From Rhizophagus irregularis (lineage: Eukaryota), in the NCBI RefSeq assembly GCF_026210795.1, contig NC_089434.1, positions 5,146,001-5,210,000 of the forward strand: 64,000 nt of DNA. Reading direction: 5' to 3'. Below the pieces are notes generated by a model. That model was not told the origin of the DNA and made no database searches. It saw only the letters and a list, made by a program, of their open reading frames with translations. Positions within the stretch are counted from its first letter, which is position 1, and each line of letters opens with the position of its first letter. Positions 27,442 through 39,631 of the stretch are shown here, piece after piece. The position numbers and the translations under genes were made by a program.

Positions 27442-27830
27442 CGAAAATTTTCTGGGGACGCTTCAGGGATGCTAAAAAGTAGGCTTTTTGACGATTTTAG
27501 AATTCTGGAAAGTCTTCTAGGTGGGTGTCCCTAGTGTCCCTAACGTCCCTATGAAAAATCGAAACTTCTAAACTTTTTTTATTTTTTAGCATATGTATAT
27601 TACACATATCATCCATATAGTATCTATATACCACCCATATAGCATACATATATAGCATAGGATAAGTTTCGAATTTTTTCCTATAACTTTACTTTTACTA
27701 AGGACACTAGGGACACTAGGGACAATCATAGAAGAACATAATCAGTAAACTTAAAACCCCAAAATCGATATCATAGTTGTCCCTAGAAAGTGTCTTCAGA
27801 AAATTTTCGCTAGGGACACTAGGGACACCC
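27416..27830. promoter_or_regulatory. Iteron-like array (GTCCCTAG/CTAGGGAC), candidate replication origin
   Basis: About 11 copies of gtcccta(g), many at 9-bp spacing, in opposed clusters around an AT-rich core (27553-27697). An outer 20-bp inverted repeat gtccctagcgaaaattttct encloses the array. Confidence 0.55.
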
Positions 27831-28585
27831 AAAAAATTCGCATACACACTGCCTCGACCCAGATTAAACCATGATCGGACCTCAGAAATGCTTACAACAT
27901 CCCGCCAATATACCAGCGCAATAGTTTGGTTATAAGACGATGCATAAGTTATAATATTTTTTTCCCTTCCCCTAACCCTCCGATAGTTTTCACAACCATA
28001 CTAGAAAGAGTTCGAGGAAAATAGGAGCAGAAACAAGAGTAACGAAAAGGTGGCCACCCAAAGTATAAATATATATAGGAAAGAAAAGTTTTAGCTTTGG
28101 GTAGACACCAATGATAGGCAGGAAAGGGGTCGGAGAGGTAGAAAGCATCGAGAAGATACGCGAAAAATAGTATCCAAATGCAGAATTATATTAGGGAAAA
28201 AAAATAAAAGTTTTGCTTTTGGATACTATTTTCAATAGGCAAGAAAAGGGCCAGACGCCTAGTGATCCTTGAGAATCTATACGAAAAGGATATGGGAATT
28301 ATGAATGGGCAATAATATACTTATTTGGCTGGTAGTGATAATAGTGCTCCAAAATCAGAGCATATTTTTTTCGCCCAGCACCAAGCCAAAAGAAAGTAAA
28401 CAATGTGGTAGTACCCCAAAGTGATCGATGCAATAATAACCCAAAGTAATCATACATAGGGATACCCCAAAATAGCAACCATACAAGAAAGAGTTCTAGG
28501 AAGGCTCAGGCGAAAACTAGGGACACGAAAAAGGATAAGTCTTCTTCGTAATCATTATATAAAATATTGGAAGAAGACTTATCCT

Positions 28586-28850
28586 TCCTAGATATGTAGC
28601 CAGATATGATATGACAGCTAGGGTAGGCAAGAGCGCAAAATATTGGCAGAAGGCTAAGGGTCTCAAAAAATCTCTCATCAAAAAAGAGCTATCTATTGAC
28701 ATTTATGAGCGCTGTATTCTAGAAGGTGTGGAGAATAAGCCTCGGACTGCAAACTTCTTACGATGTGAAAGATTCGTCCCATATATAATTCGTCAGACAA
28801 AAAGAAGTATCAATCCACTTGACTCCAAGAGATGGATATTAAATGACCGG
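28586..28850 (+). pseudogene. C-terminal fragment of protein-primed family B DNA polymerase (Polinton-like)
   Basis: KAKGLKKSLIKKELSIDIYERCI...TKRSINPLDSKRWILND matches the KAKG.K...Y..C...K..L.P.D.KR.IL.D tail of Polinton-type pPolB. Confidence 0.75.
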
Positions 28851-29428
28851 GTGCCTCATCCGGCAATCAAGAAATGGCAAAGCAACTATGTGAGGGTGTT
28901 CCGGTATCAGAACAGTATCACGTGACTGGCACAGTAAGGCGCAGTATAGATTCGCTTAATTTGCTTAGCACTATAATCCATATTTTTTTCCAAAACTTTG
29001 GGACGCAATAACTTGGCATCCAGGCATCCAATTCATGCGATCTTAGCATCATTGGAAAGCTCTCAACGTTCTCTTTCAAACGACCACAAAACCGCACGAA
29101 ACTAATCACAGGAAGCCAAGATATTCCACCCTAAAGATCGGCCAGAAATTATGCCATAGTGCCGGCCAAAATCTGATCCGCAAATTAACTGTGCCACCCG
29201 ATGATTTTTTTACACCATTTCAGCAACTTAAAAGGCCAGCAAATGGGCCACACCCTCAACCTCAAATATGGCAACCAAAAGGGTCAAAGAGTGGAAAAAC
29301 CAACTTTACTCTTATACAATTGTTAAAAGGCTTCAAAATGGAAAAACAAACCTCCGCCCTGTTTAGCGACCAAACAGTCACAGACCAGTGAAAACAGATG
29401 GGTAGCAATAAAGCATCAGAAGGGGCAT
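28851..29428. mobile_element. Putative non-autonomous element truncating the pPolB fragment
   Basis: Weak terminal inversion gtgcctcatccg / cagaaggggcat and an internal palindromic module at 29008-29126. No TSD seen. Confidence 0.35.
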
Positions 29429-29464
29429 AGACACGTAAAAATAAGTAAGTAGGTATTAATATCT

Positions 29465-30876
29465 CCCTATGAAAAAAGTCTGTGTGATTTTTGTTGAAAA
29501 ATCATTCAATTAAATTCACTACGATTTCTGTATATTTGACCATACAATAATTGTGCTAAAAATTGCAATAAATCACACAATTATTGCATGGTAATTCATT
29601 CAATAATTATCCTATTTTTGACCTGAATTTATACAATTATTGTGTGATTTTTGAGCCAAATTTTAGGCCATATTTTAGGAATTATAGGTTAAATTTTACA
29701 GTAATAACAGGCAATTTATAAAGTAAAATTATGAATTTTTATTGACTTAAAATATAAAAAATATACACAATATTTCATAAATAAAATACTAAATTTGATA
29801 TAATCATAAATATAAAAATTTGTAAGAAAATAAAATAAAATAAAGTATGTTAGCTTAGTAACATGAAAGTAAATTAGTAGTATCAAAAAAGAAAGTAAAT
29901 TATTAGTGTAAGTAAATTATTAGTATTAAATAAAAAAGTATGAAGTTAGTGAAGAAAGCAAATTAGTAGTGTTAAAAAGTAAATTATTAGTGTTAGTAAT
30001 AAAAAAGTATGAAGTTAGTGAAGAAAGCAAATTAGTAATGTTAAAAAGTAAATTATTAGTGTTAGTAATAAAAAAAAAGTATGAAGTTAGAAAGCAAGTT
30101 AGTAACATTAAAATGTAAAAGTTAGGAAAATAAAAAGATAAAGAACACAAGTTTTCTTACTTGATATCTTAAAAGAAAGCTGAAGAAAAGTTAAAAGGTT
30201 AAAAAAACATAAACAAAAACATTTCGCGTCATCATATTTATTTTGACGATCAGATCACGTGATCAACATATATAATTTTAAGAGTTGATTTTTACCGCTT
30301 AATTCTGGCCAAATTATAATTCCAGTCAGAACTAATTGTGTAACTTAATAAAAAGTTTTGACTTTTTTTTAGTTACAAGGTGATATAAAAATTTCACCAA
30401 TGGGTCCGGAAGATGCCCGTTTATAAGCAAATATGCAGTTGAATTTTGTGTAACCTTACTGCATAAATCACTTTACTTAGAAAAATCTATTTGTAATGGT
30501 TAAAAGTGATCTATTTGACCCTAAAAGTGGTCAAATGTAACCATACAGGTAAGATGGAAAGTAGTATAGTAGGATTACCCAAAAATTGCTTTCCGTATCC
30601 TAAATTTAAGTCTATTTTCAAGTTATACAATAATCACAATTTTTATTGTACAAAAATTGAATGTTTTCTGTATCCTAAATTTAAGCTGTATAAAGATCAC
30701 ACAAAAATTGAACATTTTCTATATCCTAAATTTAAGTTGTACAAAAATTGCATACTTTTAATATGCTTTGAAAAACTTCATAGCTATTTTTATCCAAAAA
30801 TCTGCAATAATTGTATAATTTCCACACAGACTTGAACAAATATTGTACAAAAATTGGATGATTTTTTTTCATAGGG
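29465..30876. mobile_element. Non-autonomous TIR element with CCC termini and a 3-bp TSD (CMC-like)
   Basis: tct|ccctatgaaaaaa ... ttttttcataggg|tct, with internal subterminal and tandem repeats. Confidence 0.8.
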
Positions 30877-30969
30877 TCTATAAGTAGGCATCACTATGGT
30901 GTAAGTAGATAGATCAAGTAGGCATCACTATAATTATAGTGATGCCTACTTGATCTATCTACTCACCAA

Positions 30970-32290
30970 GTAATACTTGCTGCACTTCGACGCTTACAAA
31001 AAAAAATATGGAAAGGAAATCGCATTGATTTTACCTTGTGATACATGATAGGGATCTTTATATTCTTGTATTAACCAGTTATTCCTTACAAAATCAGCTA
31101 TTCAATCTACTATTGCTAAGGATTATCTTAATTTTGATGATAGAATGAAGTCACTTATTTCTAGTGATACTTTTTTGGAATGATCTTGGGAAAATTCGAA
31201 ATTTTTTAGAAAATTTTGCTATTTTTATTAAAAAATTAAAAGGAAATAAAAAGGACCCTGGATATCTAATATAAAGGTCATAATGGACTTTTGGCCAAAA
31301 ACACCCCTTTTTGCTGAAATTCAAAAAATCGTTTTTTGTAAATATCTCAGCATCCAGTAATTCAATTTTAATGAACTTTTTTTTATTTTGTAGCCCTCAT
31401 TTAGCTCTACAATTTAACAAAAAGCTCATCAAAATTGGACCACTGGATGCCGAGATATTTACAAAAAACGATTTTTTGAGCCCTGAAAAATGGGCCAATC
31501 TGCCGAAAGTGTGACTTATGACCTGTTTTAGAGATATCCGGGGTCCTAAATGAAACATTTCTTTCTACTGCATATTTTAAATATCAGCAACTTAAAGCAC
31601 ATGTGCAAAACAATACTAATTTACCTGAAAATATTCATGAAGAAGTTGAAAAATTTGGCACAAATCGGTGGCAAAACTTCTTATACAATCCAGTTGTCAT
31701 TGTTACTTATAAATTAGATCCACGATATCGTAATAGTTGGCTTAATGTACGCATATTTAATCCTATTATTGAAAAGAAAATTTTAAGTTTAGTAGGGGAA
31801 GAATATAAGGATATAGTTTTAACAGAATTTGCCGAATATGTTGGGAAAATAGGAAGTTTTGCGCATAGCTATTTGTGGGAGATGTAATTCAAAAACCTGT
31901 TAACTGGTAGAATTTAATGAAAGAAAGATATCCAATTCTTAGTGATATAGCCATTTAAATACTTTCCATACTCGCAACTTCAGCAGCCAGTGAGAGAAAT
32001 TGGTCTACATTTGGATTTATTCATTCAAAGTTACGAAATAAATTGCATGAAAAGTGAGTAGAAAAAATTGTATGTTTTAGAATCTGCAGATATTACGTTC
32101 ATTAGAAAAGCCACTTATTATAAAGGGCTGGGTTGAGAAAGTATTGCAAAAGAAAGTTATAAGAGAAGTTGCCAAAGGTAATAATGAACAAGAAATTGAC
32201 GTTGAATCTGATTTTTCTGATTTAGATTTTCAATCCTATTCAGATTTGGAAGGATTATTGGATGAAGAATTAAATGAATTTCAAGATTAA
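30970..32290 (+). pseudogene. hAT transposase pseudogene, C-terminal half
   Basis: LILPCDT, KLDPRYR, YPILSDIAI*ILSILATSAASERNWSTFGFIHSKLRNKL. Probable element end ...ttcacaacccta at ~32527. Confidence 0.8.
31252..31547. mobile_element. MITE (AGGACCC termini, 8-bp TSD)
   Basis: aaataaaa|aggaccctggatatct...agatatccggggtcct|aaatgaaa, with an internal palindrome. Confidence 0.8.
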
Positions 32291-34067
32291 TTTTTTAAAT
32301 ATAATATTGTAAATGTAATTAATTTCTTGAAAAAATAAATAAAGTAGATAAAGTGTTTCGTTTTATAAATTTTATTTAGGAAATTTTGATCACATGATAT
32401 GCTAATTTTATACCAATAGGAATCAATTTTATAATATTATATAAGATGTAAGTTACAAGGGGTCGATGTAACTTATAGCGTAAGTTACATGTATTATAAC
32501 CTATGTAACATAACTTTCACAACCCTAATGACAGCATGTTATTTTGGTAAAATTTTTACAATTTGTAAAATTTGTCAACTTATCGTCAATAAATAGTTTC
32601 AGAATAACTTCAAATTGTAATAAAAGTATTAACAAATTGGTAGCCAAAGTAAAAGATTAGGTGAAAAAATTAATTAAAAATATTTTATTAAATTATTGGA
32701 TAATATTCAATAAAACTTATTATTTGATAGATAAATCAAATTTTATTTAATTATTGTAATAATTGTAATAGCAATTTTCATTGCAATAATACATTGTAAT
32801 AGAAATAACTGATAAAAATGCAAATAATAAAAATTTATAAACAATTATTGTAAAATGCAGTATTATAATAAAATTTGTTATATTTTAATAAAAATGTTAT
32901 TATCTAACCAAATTTTTATAATTGTAAATTATTAGTGAAATTTCAGCTATTTCTAAATGGTACTGCTAAATTTTTTGTTATTATATCCAAAATTTTCTTC
33001 TTTTTGGCGGATCTCTGATATTATAATTAAAAATTATAGCTTTTTAAATTAAATTATTCAAATAAATCAACAAATTTTTTCTTTTTAAATCATTAATTTT
33101 TATAGCGTTCAACTAGCATCATAACATAATAATTGTTTTTTCTTTATTAATAAAATCATCAATATCTTTTTTTTACAATAAAGTTATCTTAGAAATACCT
33201 TGTCTAACAAATTATTATTATAATACTTCAGTTAAATATCATTGATATTTGTCAATTGAAACTGAAATAAAAAAAAGGAATAATTACTTGTTTCTGAATG
33301 AATTGACCAACCTTTCTATTCTATTAAAAAACTAGTTTCTAAAATCTCCAAATTATCTAAGTCTAATTCTTAACTATTCTAAACCTTTAACTATTACACT
33401 TGATTATTTATTATATTAACTTCTTAAGAGCATATTTTGAAGAATTTCTGACATACAAGAAGAGACATTTTAGTTCTTCTATTGTGATTAGTCATTGACT
33501 AATCACTTTTTTCACATTTATATCTATGGTCTCATTCATAGTTAACAATTTGAATTGTTATTTTAAGATAATTATTTCATTTATAATATATATGTATATA
33601 TATACTGTATATTTCATATTTGGTTTTAGGTTTTTTGTGAAAAGATTTATCCTTTTACATTTACAAGTTTAAGGCATTTTTAATTATTGAATATTTATAT
33701 AAATGAAATATTTATTTTATTTAAAAAATTAAATAATATTTTTTTTTTAATAGTATTTTTTTCCACTAATTATATTGGTATGTATTTTTAGCTATAGACT
33801 TTATTTAGTTAGTTTAATTCAATATGCAATACTTTTTATACTTTATTAATTTATATAAAAAATTAATTAAAATTAGTACAGAACTTTACCTACTACTAAG
33901 ATATATTACTAGTAGAAATTTTACTTTTATATGAAACTTTATTTTAGGATTTGCTTAAATTCTATTAGTTAATTAACTAAAAAGGAAAAAATCATAACAA
34001 TGTAATATAAAATTTCTTTTTTAGTAAGATTTTTAAAGAATTTTATATGTAAATCTTACCTTAGGCC

Positions 34068-34300
34068 AGGACCCCGGAAACTATATATAAAGGTTGGTCT
34101 AAAAAATTGAATTTTTTATATGAACTTTACCCAAACTTCTATTGGATAGATGGTCAAAAAAGGAAAAAAATCATAACAAAATTGGTATCACCTTCCTTTT
34201 AAGTATATAATTTAGCCATTTTTAGTAATGATTTGCAAAATATTTTCTTATGACTTTACCCATTTTAACTGCAACCTATCTATAGAGTTTCTGGGATCCT
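34068..34300. mobile_element. MITE related to 31252-31547 (8-bp TSD)
   Basis: cttaggcc|aggaccccggaaactatatataaaggttg...caacctatctatagagtttctgggatcct|cttaggct. Confidence 0.75.
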
Positions 34301-35479
34301 CTTAGGCTATAGAGTGACTTATCTTAATAATAGATAAGGTTTTATCAGTACATATTTTAGTTAATTTAGTCTATATTTAGTTAGTTTAATTTAATGTACA
34401 GTAGTTTTTCATATACTTTTTTAAATTTAATATAAAAAATTAGTTTAGTTAATTTCCACTGGCTATTAGTTAATTTATACTATAATAAGTTAGTTTAATC
34501 AATATACAGCACTTATTTTCATATACTTTTCAAATTAATATATAAGAATTAGTTAAATAAAGTAGTCTATACTTTAATTATTTTCTTTTATTATAATATT
34601 ATATATTATAAGGAAGAAAATGTCAAAATTAAGTTATAAAGAAATATAATACTCATCCTATTATTAAATAAAAAGAACTTTTTAATATTTATCAAATTAA
34701 GTAAAATGATATATATTAGCTGCAAAATATAAAAAAAAAAAGTATTATGTATATCAATTAATAAAAATTTATTAAAAAAATATAAAGATCAATAAAATTA
34801 GAAACTGATTATAACTGATGTATAATTAGTAAAAATTTAGATTTACTATCCATATCAAAAAAATAATTTTAATTAGTATAATTTACAATTGATCAATCAA
34901 AATTTGCAACTGGATATCCCAAAGAATTTAATATAGAATTTTAAATTTTATTAAAAAAAAAAAAAATTTTTAAAAAAGATTTGATAATCAGAAATCTCTT
35001 TAAGGATATTAGTATTATTGGAAAATCTTGAATTCTTCATTATACCAAAAATATATAATATTAAAACCTTTTTTTTGGAACTTTTTGCTAGGCTAATATA
35101 ATGAAGATAAAAGATTATTTTCACAAGAAAAATGTATGATCCATATTTCTGTAGGCTGAAGTTGCTAAACATATTTTAAAGTTCATAAAGAAATGTTTAT
35201 TCAAAGTGGAGTAAAAATTTAGTATTTCACATAAAGTTGCTGGAAAAACTAGGGAGTTTTGGCAAGTTGGCAAAATGGCAAAATGGCAAAACTTTGCCAA
35301 AACTATATGAAAGTCTTATTAAAAAGTTGGCAAAACTCTGGAGAAAAGTGAAACTTGACGAAACTTATTATAAATGCTGAAACTGCTGAAATCTTGCTAA
35401 AACTATAATAAAACTATAGTAAAATTTTGAAGAAACTAATCATAGAATTTTGGAGAGGTTTAGGCAGGCAACCTTAGTC

Positions 35480-35768
35480 TCACATATGCAATTTAAAATA
35501 ATTTGCATAGACTTGCATAACATAAATAATATAGTTAAAGTATTATAAAAATTAGCATAAGCCAAATTTTATCATATAAAAAATTGATTTAAAATTCAAC
35601 TTAACTTGACTTGTGAGAAATACTAAGTAAGATTAGTGTTCCTCACGAATTAAGTCGAGTTGAATTTCAAATTTTTTATATAATAAAATTTGTCTTATGT
35701 TAATTTTTATATTAACTATATTATTTATGTTATGCAAATTTATGCAAGTCATTTTAAGTCACATATAT
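35480..35768. repeat. Degenerate foldback element
   Basis: ttgcataacataaataatatagttaa...aaattcaactt mirrored by gagttgaattt...ttaactatattatttatgttatgcaa. Confidence 0.65.
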
Positions 35769-37422
35769 ATATAGGACATTAAGTAAGATGCTATTACTAT
35801 CAATTTTATTAATGCAATTGGCTTATTTTGATTTGAACATTTTATTATAAAGTCATAAAATAAATGTTGTAAATCTTCAGCATTATCCATAAATTTTAAG
35901 TGCCATTGTCCTGTGATTTCAATATTATGGGTGTATTTAAGCCAATTAACAAATATCATATTCAATATATTAAGGTATATTAATAGCACATTTGAAATCA
36001 ATGTGTAAATGTTTAGAATTTTTGCATAATCTTATTGATCTCTAATGTATAATTTCTACATCCATTTAATGCATAGCTAACTCTATAACCTTAATTATAT
36101 TTAATGAAAAGTTCATATGGTAAGGAAGAGATGAAAGAGTGACATAGTATTTTCAATATTATTCAATTTTCATTTTTTTGATAATAAGGATAATGGTAAA
36201 GTGAGTCAATTTTTTTAAGATTTTTTCTGTTAAAAAAAAAAATAAAAGGATATAAGTAAATGGATTATTTACTCAGTAAACATAAAGAAAATAAGAATGT
36301 AAATTATAAAAAAAAGGAAAATAAACCTCTAAAATTTGCAAAATACTTAGAGTACTAGTTCATAATATATAGTAATATATTTTTGATTTTGTTTTTTTTT
36401 TTGTATACTTAATATTCAAAATAGGAGCTATCTATAATCAGATTTCTATGTATTAATATCCTATATACCAATAATTATCTGTACTAATAAATTTTCTATA
36501 ACTTGTTTCATAATTAATAAAACAACTTTATTGTACCAATATTATATATAGTTTCATGATGTAGATGTAACATGTACCAATACTTTTCTTTACCTCTTTA
36601 TAATTAATACATAGTAAGATGTACTGATACTTTAGGTTATATTGGTATTAATAATTCAGACTAATACTATAAATTTGGCCAGAATTAACATAAAAGTTTA
36701 TCCAAATCACATGATATTTTAATATATTAGCTATTTAGAGTTTGCATAATGCTGGCGAGAATTTGATTTTAGTCCGCATTATGATTCACTAATGATAGTA
36801 TATGTAACGATAATTTGATATACTGATATATTTTTCTCAAAACTAAAGCTTTCCTTAAACAGATAAAATCCTAGGATTTATCCATATTATCCTATTATTC
36901 AAATTTGTATCTGATTAATTTTAACTGGATATCTAGATTTAAGAATTTATAAATGAATAAATTTTAAATTATCTGGATTATCTGATAATAATTAATATTT
37001 ATGTTATACATATAAATATTTAGTATTACTGTACTACTTTAAAAAACATTTTTTTTATTCTAAGACAAAAAAAAAAATTAACAAAGAAACACTTTGAAGT
37101 TTAGATATTATTTCTAAATATGTCAACTGAAAGAACCATAGAAATACGTTTACAATCTGAAGATAACTATATTGATATAATTGATATAAAAAATCTTACA
37201 TCACCAGAAAATCTTATACCACCTTTAGAAAATACTAATAGTATAAAAAAGTATACAAAAAATGCGTTTGATAAACTTCTTAATAAAAAAAATGATTTAA
37301 ATTTTTTAACTAAAAGTAAAGAATTCAAAGTTAGATATATAAGGGTGTGCCAAAAATTACGTAATTTAGTGGATGGGTGGGGGTCAGGTCCTGCAATCAG
37401 ATATCACAATATACCTTTTATG

Positions 37423-37801
37423 GAGGTTGTCTAAATTATATGACTTGACATTTTATGAATAAGCCATTTTTTTATGAACTAAGATTAATGTAAGTATGAA
37501 AGTTATAGAATAAGTGTATTTTGACTTGCTTTACAAGTTTATTTAGTGAAAAAAAGCTGGTTTTAAACACTGTTTTTGACTTTACATATGAATGAATAAT
37601 CTTTGCCAATCATATTCAAAAATGGATGACGAAAATGAAAAAATTCAAATAAGTCAAAAATAGTGTTTAAAACCCCATGTTGCGCACTAAGTAAACTTGC
37701 ACAGCAGGCTAAAATACACATACTATATGTAACTTGAAAGTTTTATGTATTGGCGAAAAAGTTTTATTTGTAAAAAATAAATTTTTACAAGTCACGACCT
37801 C
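37423..37801. mobile_element. MITE with an 8-bp TSD
   Basis: cttttatg|gaggttgt...cacgacctc|cttttatg. Internal inverted repeat ttttaaacactgtttttgac / gtcaaaaatagtgtttaaaa. Confidence 0.7.
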
Positions 37802-37829
37802 CTTTTATGATAATAGTATATTTTTTATA

Positions 37830-38345
37830 ATAAATAATATATAATTTGTTTATTAAGAAGCTTTTTTTGCAATTATCTTTACCATCTAAAAGTCCAATTT
37901 TATTTGTTTTATAAAGTATAAAAAGAGCTACAAAATAAAAAAAAAGTTTATGTAAATTGAATTATTAGATAGTAAAATAATTGTATTATTATAATATATA
38001 TATATTATATAGTAATTTATTTATTAAAAAGTTTTTTTGCAATTAATTTACTATATAGCAGTTCAATTTTAATGATTTTTTTTGTTTTGTAAAGCATAAA
38101 GAGGTCTACAAAACAAAAAAAAAGTTTATGCAAATTGGATTATTGGATAGTGAAATAATTGTATTATAATATATATATAATATATGGTAATTTATTTATT
38201 AACGAGCTTTTTTGCAATTATTTCACCATCTAGCAGTCCAATTTCAATGAATTTTTTTTTATTTTATAAAGCATAAATGGGGTCACAAAACAAAAAAAAG
38301 TTTATGCAAATTGGATTATTAGATAGCAACCTAATTGTATAATAA
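37830..38345. repeat. Three ~180-bp tandem palindromic units
   Basis: ttttttgcaattatttcaccatctagcagtccaattt...aagtttatgcaaattggattattggatagtgaaataattg repeated three times. Confidence 0.75.
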
Positions 38346-38349
38346 TATA

Positions 38350-39631
38350 CACTAGTACTTGGACAAAAGTAGGTGGAAACTATATTTATTAATTACTCAA
38401 AAACGTACATATATAATAAGTGGGGTTAAAATTTTAACTATAATTAGTTAAATCATATCCAAAACTAATATTTAGTTAGCCAGCCATTATTCTTAATACA
38501 CGCTTCAACTCTGCGTGGCATACTTTCAATTAAATTAATTAATGTATTATTAGGGATTTGATTTCATTCTTCATGCAAAGTACACTCCAATTCATTCAAA
38601 TTTTTTGCAGGTTTAGGATGTTTTCTAATGTGCCTTTCCAGCTCTGACCATCAGGTATTCAATTGGATTTAGGTCAGGTGATTGATTTGGCCAATCTTCC
38701 AAAATTTTGACCTTTTTTGTTTCTATCCATTTTTTAACGTTTTTAGTGGTATGAACTGGAGCATTGTCATCCTGGAATAAATACCCTCGTCCATTATAAT
38801 TATTATCAATAAAAGGAAGCAAATGTGTTTCAAGTATTTGAATATAGTCATAATGGTTCATTTTTCCATTGACTTTCACAAGTGGTCTTATCCCCTTTCC
38901 TGAAAAACAACCCCACATCATTACTCCTCCACCACCATGTTTAATTGAAGGAACCATGTTTTGAATATTAAATCTTATTCCAGGAGTTCTCCAAACACGA
39001 CCTGGACCATCATTTTTAAATATAGTAAAGTGGCTTTCATCACTCCAAATAACTGACTTCTATTTTTTAATGAACTAGCCTTTCCTTTCAATACACCAGT
39101 TTAAATGATTTCTTTTTGTTTATTGTTAAGAAGAGGTTTGAATGCTAGAATACGTGAAAAAATATTAAGTTCATGCAAATTTCTCCTTTCTCCTTATAGT
39201 CTTAGTAGAAACTTGCAGTTCAGTTTTCTCTTGAAAATTATTTTTTATTTGTTCAGCTGATTGATGATTATTTTTTTTAACAATTTTTTTTAATGTTTTT
39301 TGGTGTTCACAATTTAAAAGTTTAGGGCGACCACTTCGTGGCTGAGTTTCAAGACTTTTTCCTTCACAAAAGATTTGAATAGTTCGGTAAACTGCTGTTT
39401 TAGAAAAGCCAAACATTTTAACAATTTTTTATCTGGTGGCGCCACCTTTAAATAGACCAATAATCTTGTTACATTTAGCATCCGTTAAATCATACATGGT
39501 GCAAAGTAGTACAAAATCCTAATTTGTCAATAAATAAAATAACAATTACGTCATTGTTTATTTATACCATAAACTATCATGTATTATAATTTCAGTCCAA
39601 ATTATTATGTACGTTTTGAAGTAATTAATAA
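38350..39631 (-). mobile_element. Tc1/mariner element with a decayed transposase (CDS ~38465-39497); 5' TIR truncated
   Basis: PRSGRPK, VIWSDES, VKH-like PSIKHGGGGVMMWGCFS, FQDDNAPVH and WPNQSPDLNPIE motifs. TA precedes the left TIR. Confidence 0.9.

Noticed and set aside
37120..37434. 104-aa ORF
   Set aside because: Its 3' part runs into repeat or MITE sequence and it has no recognisable motif.
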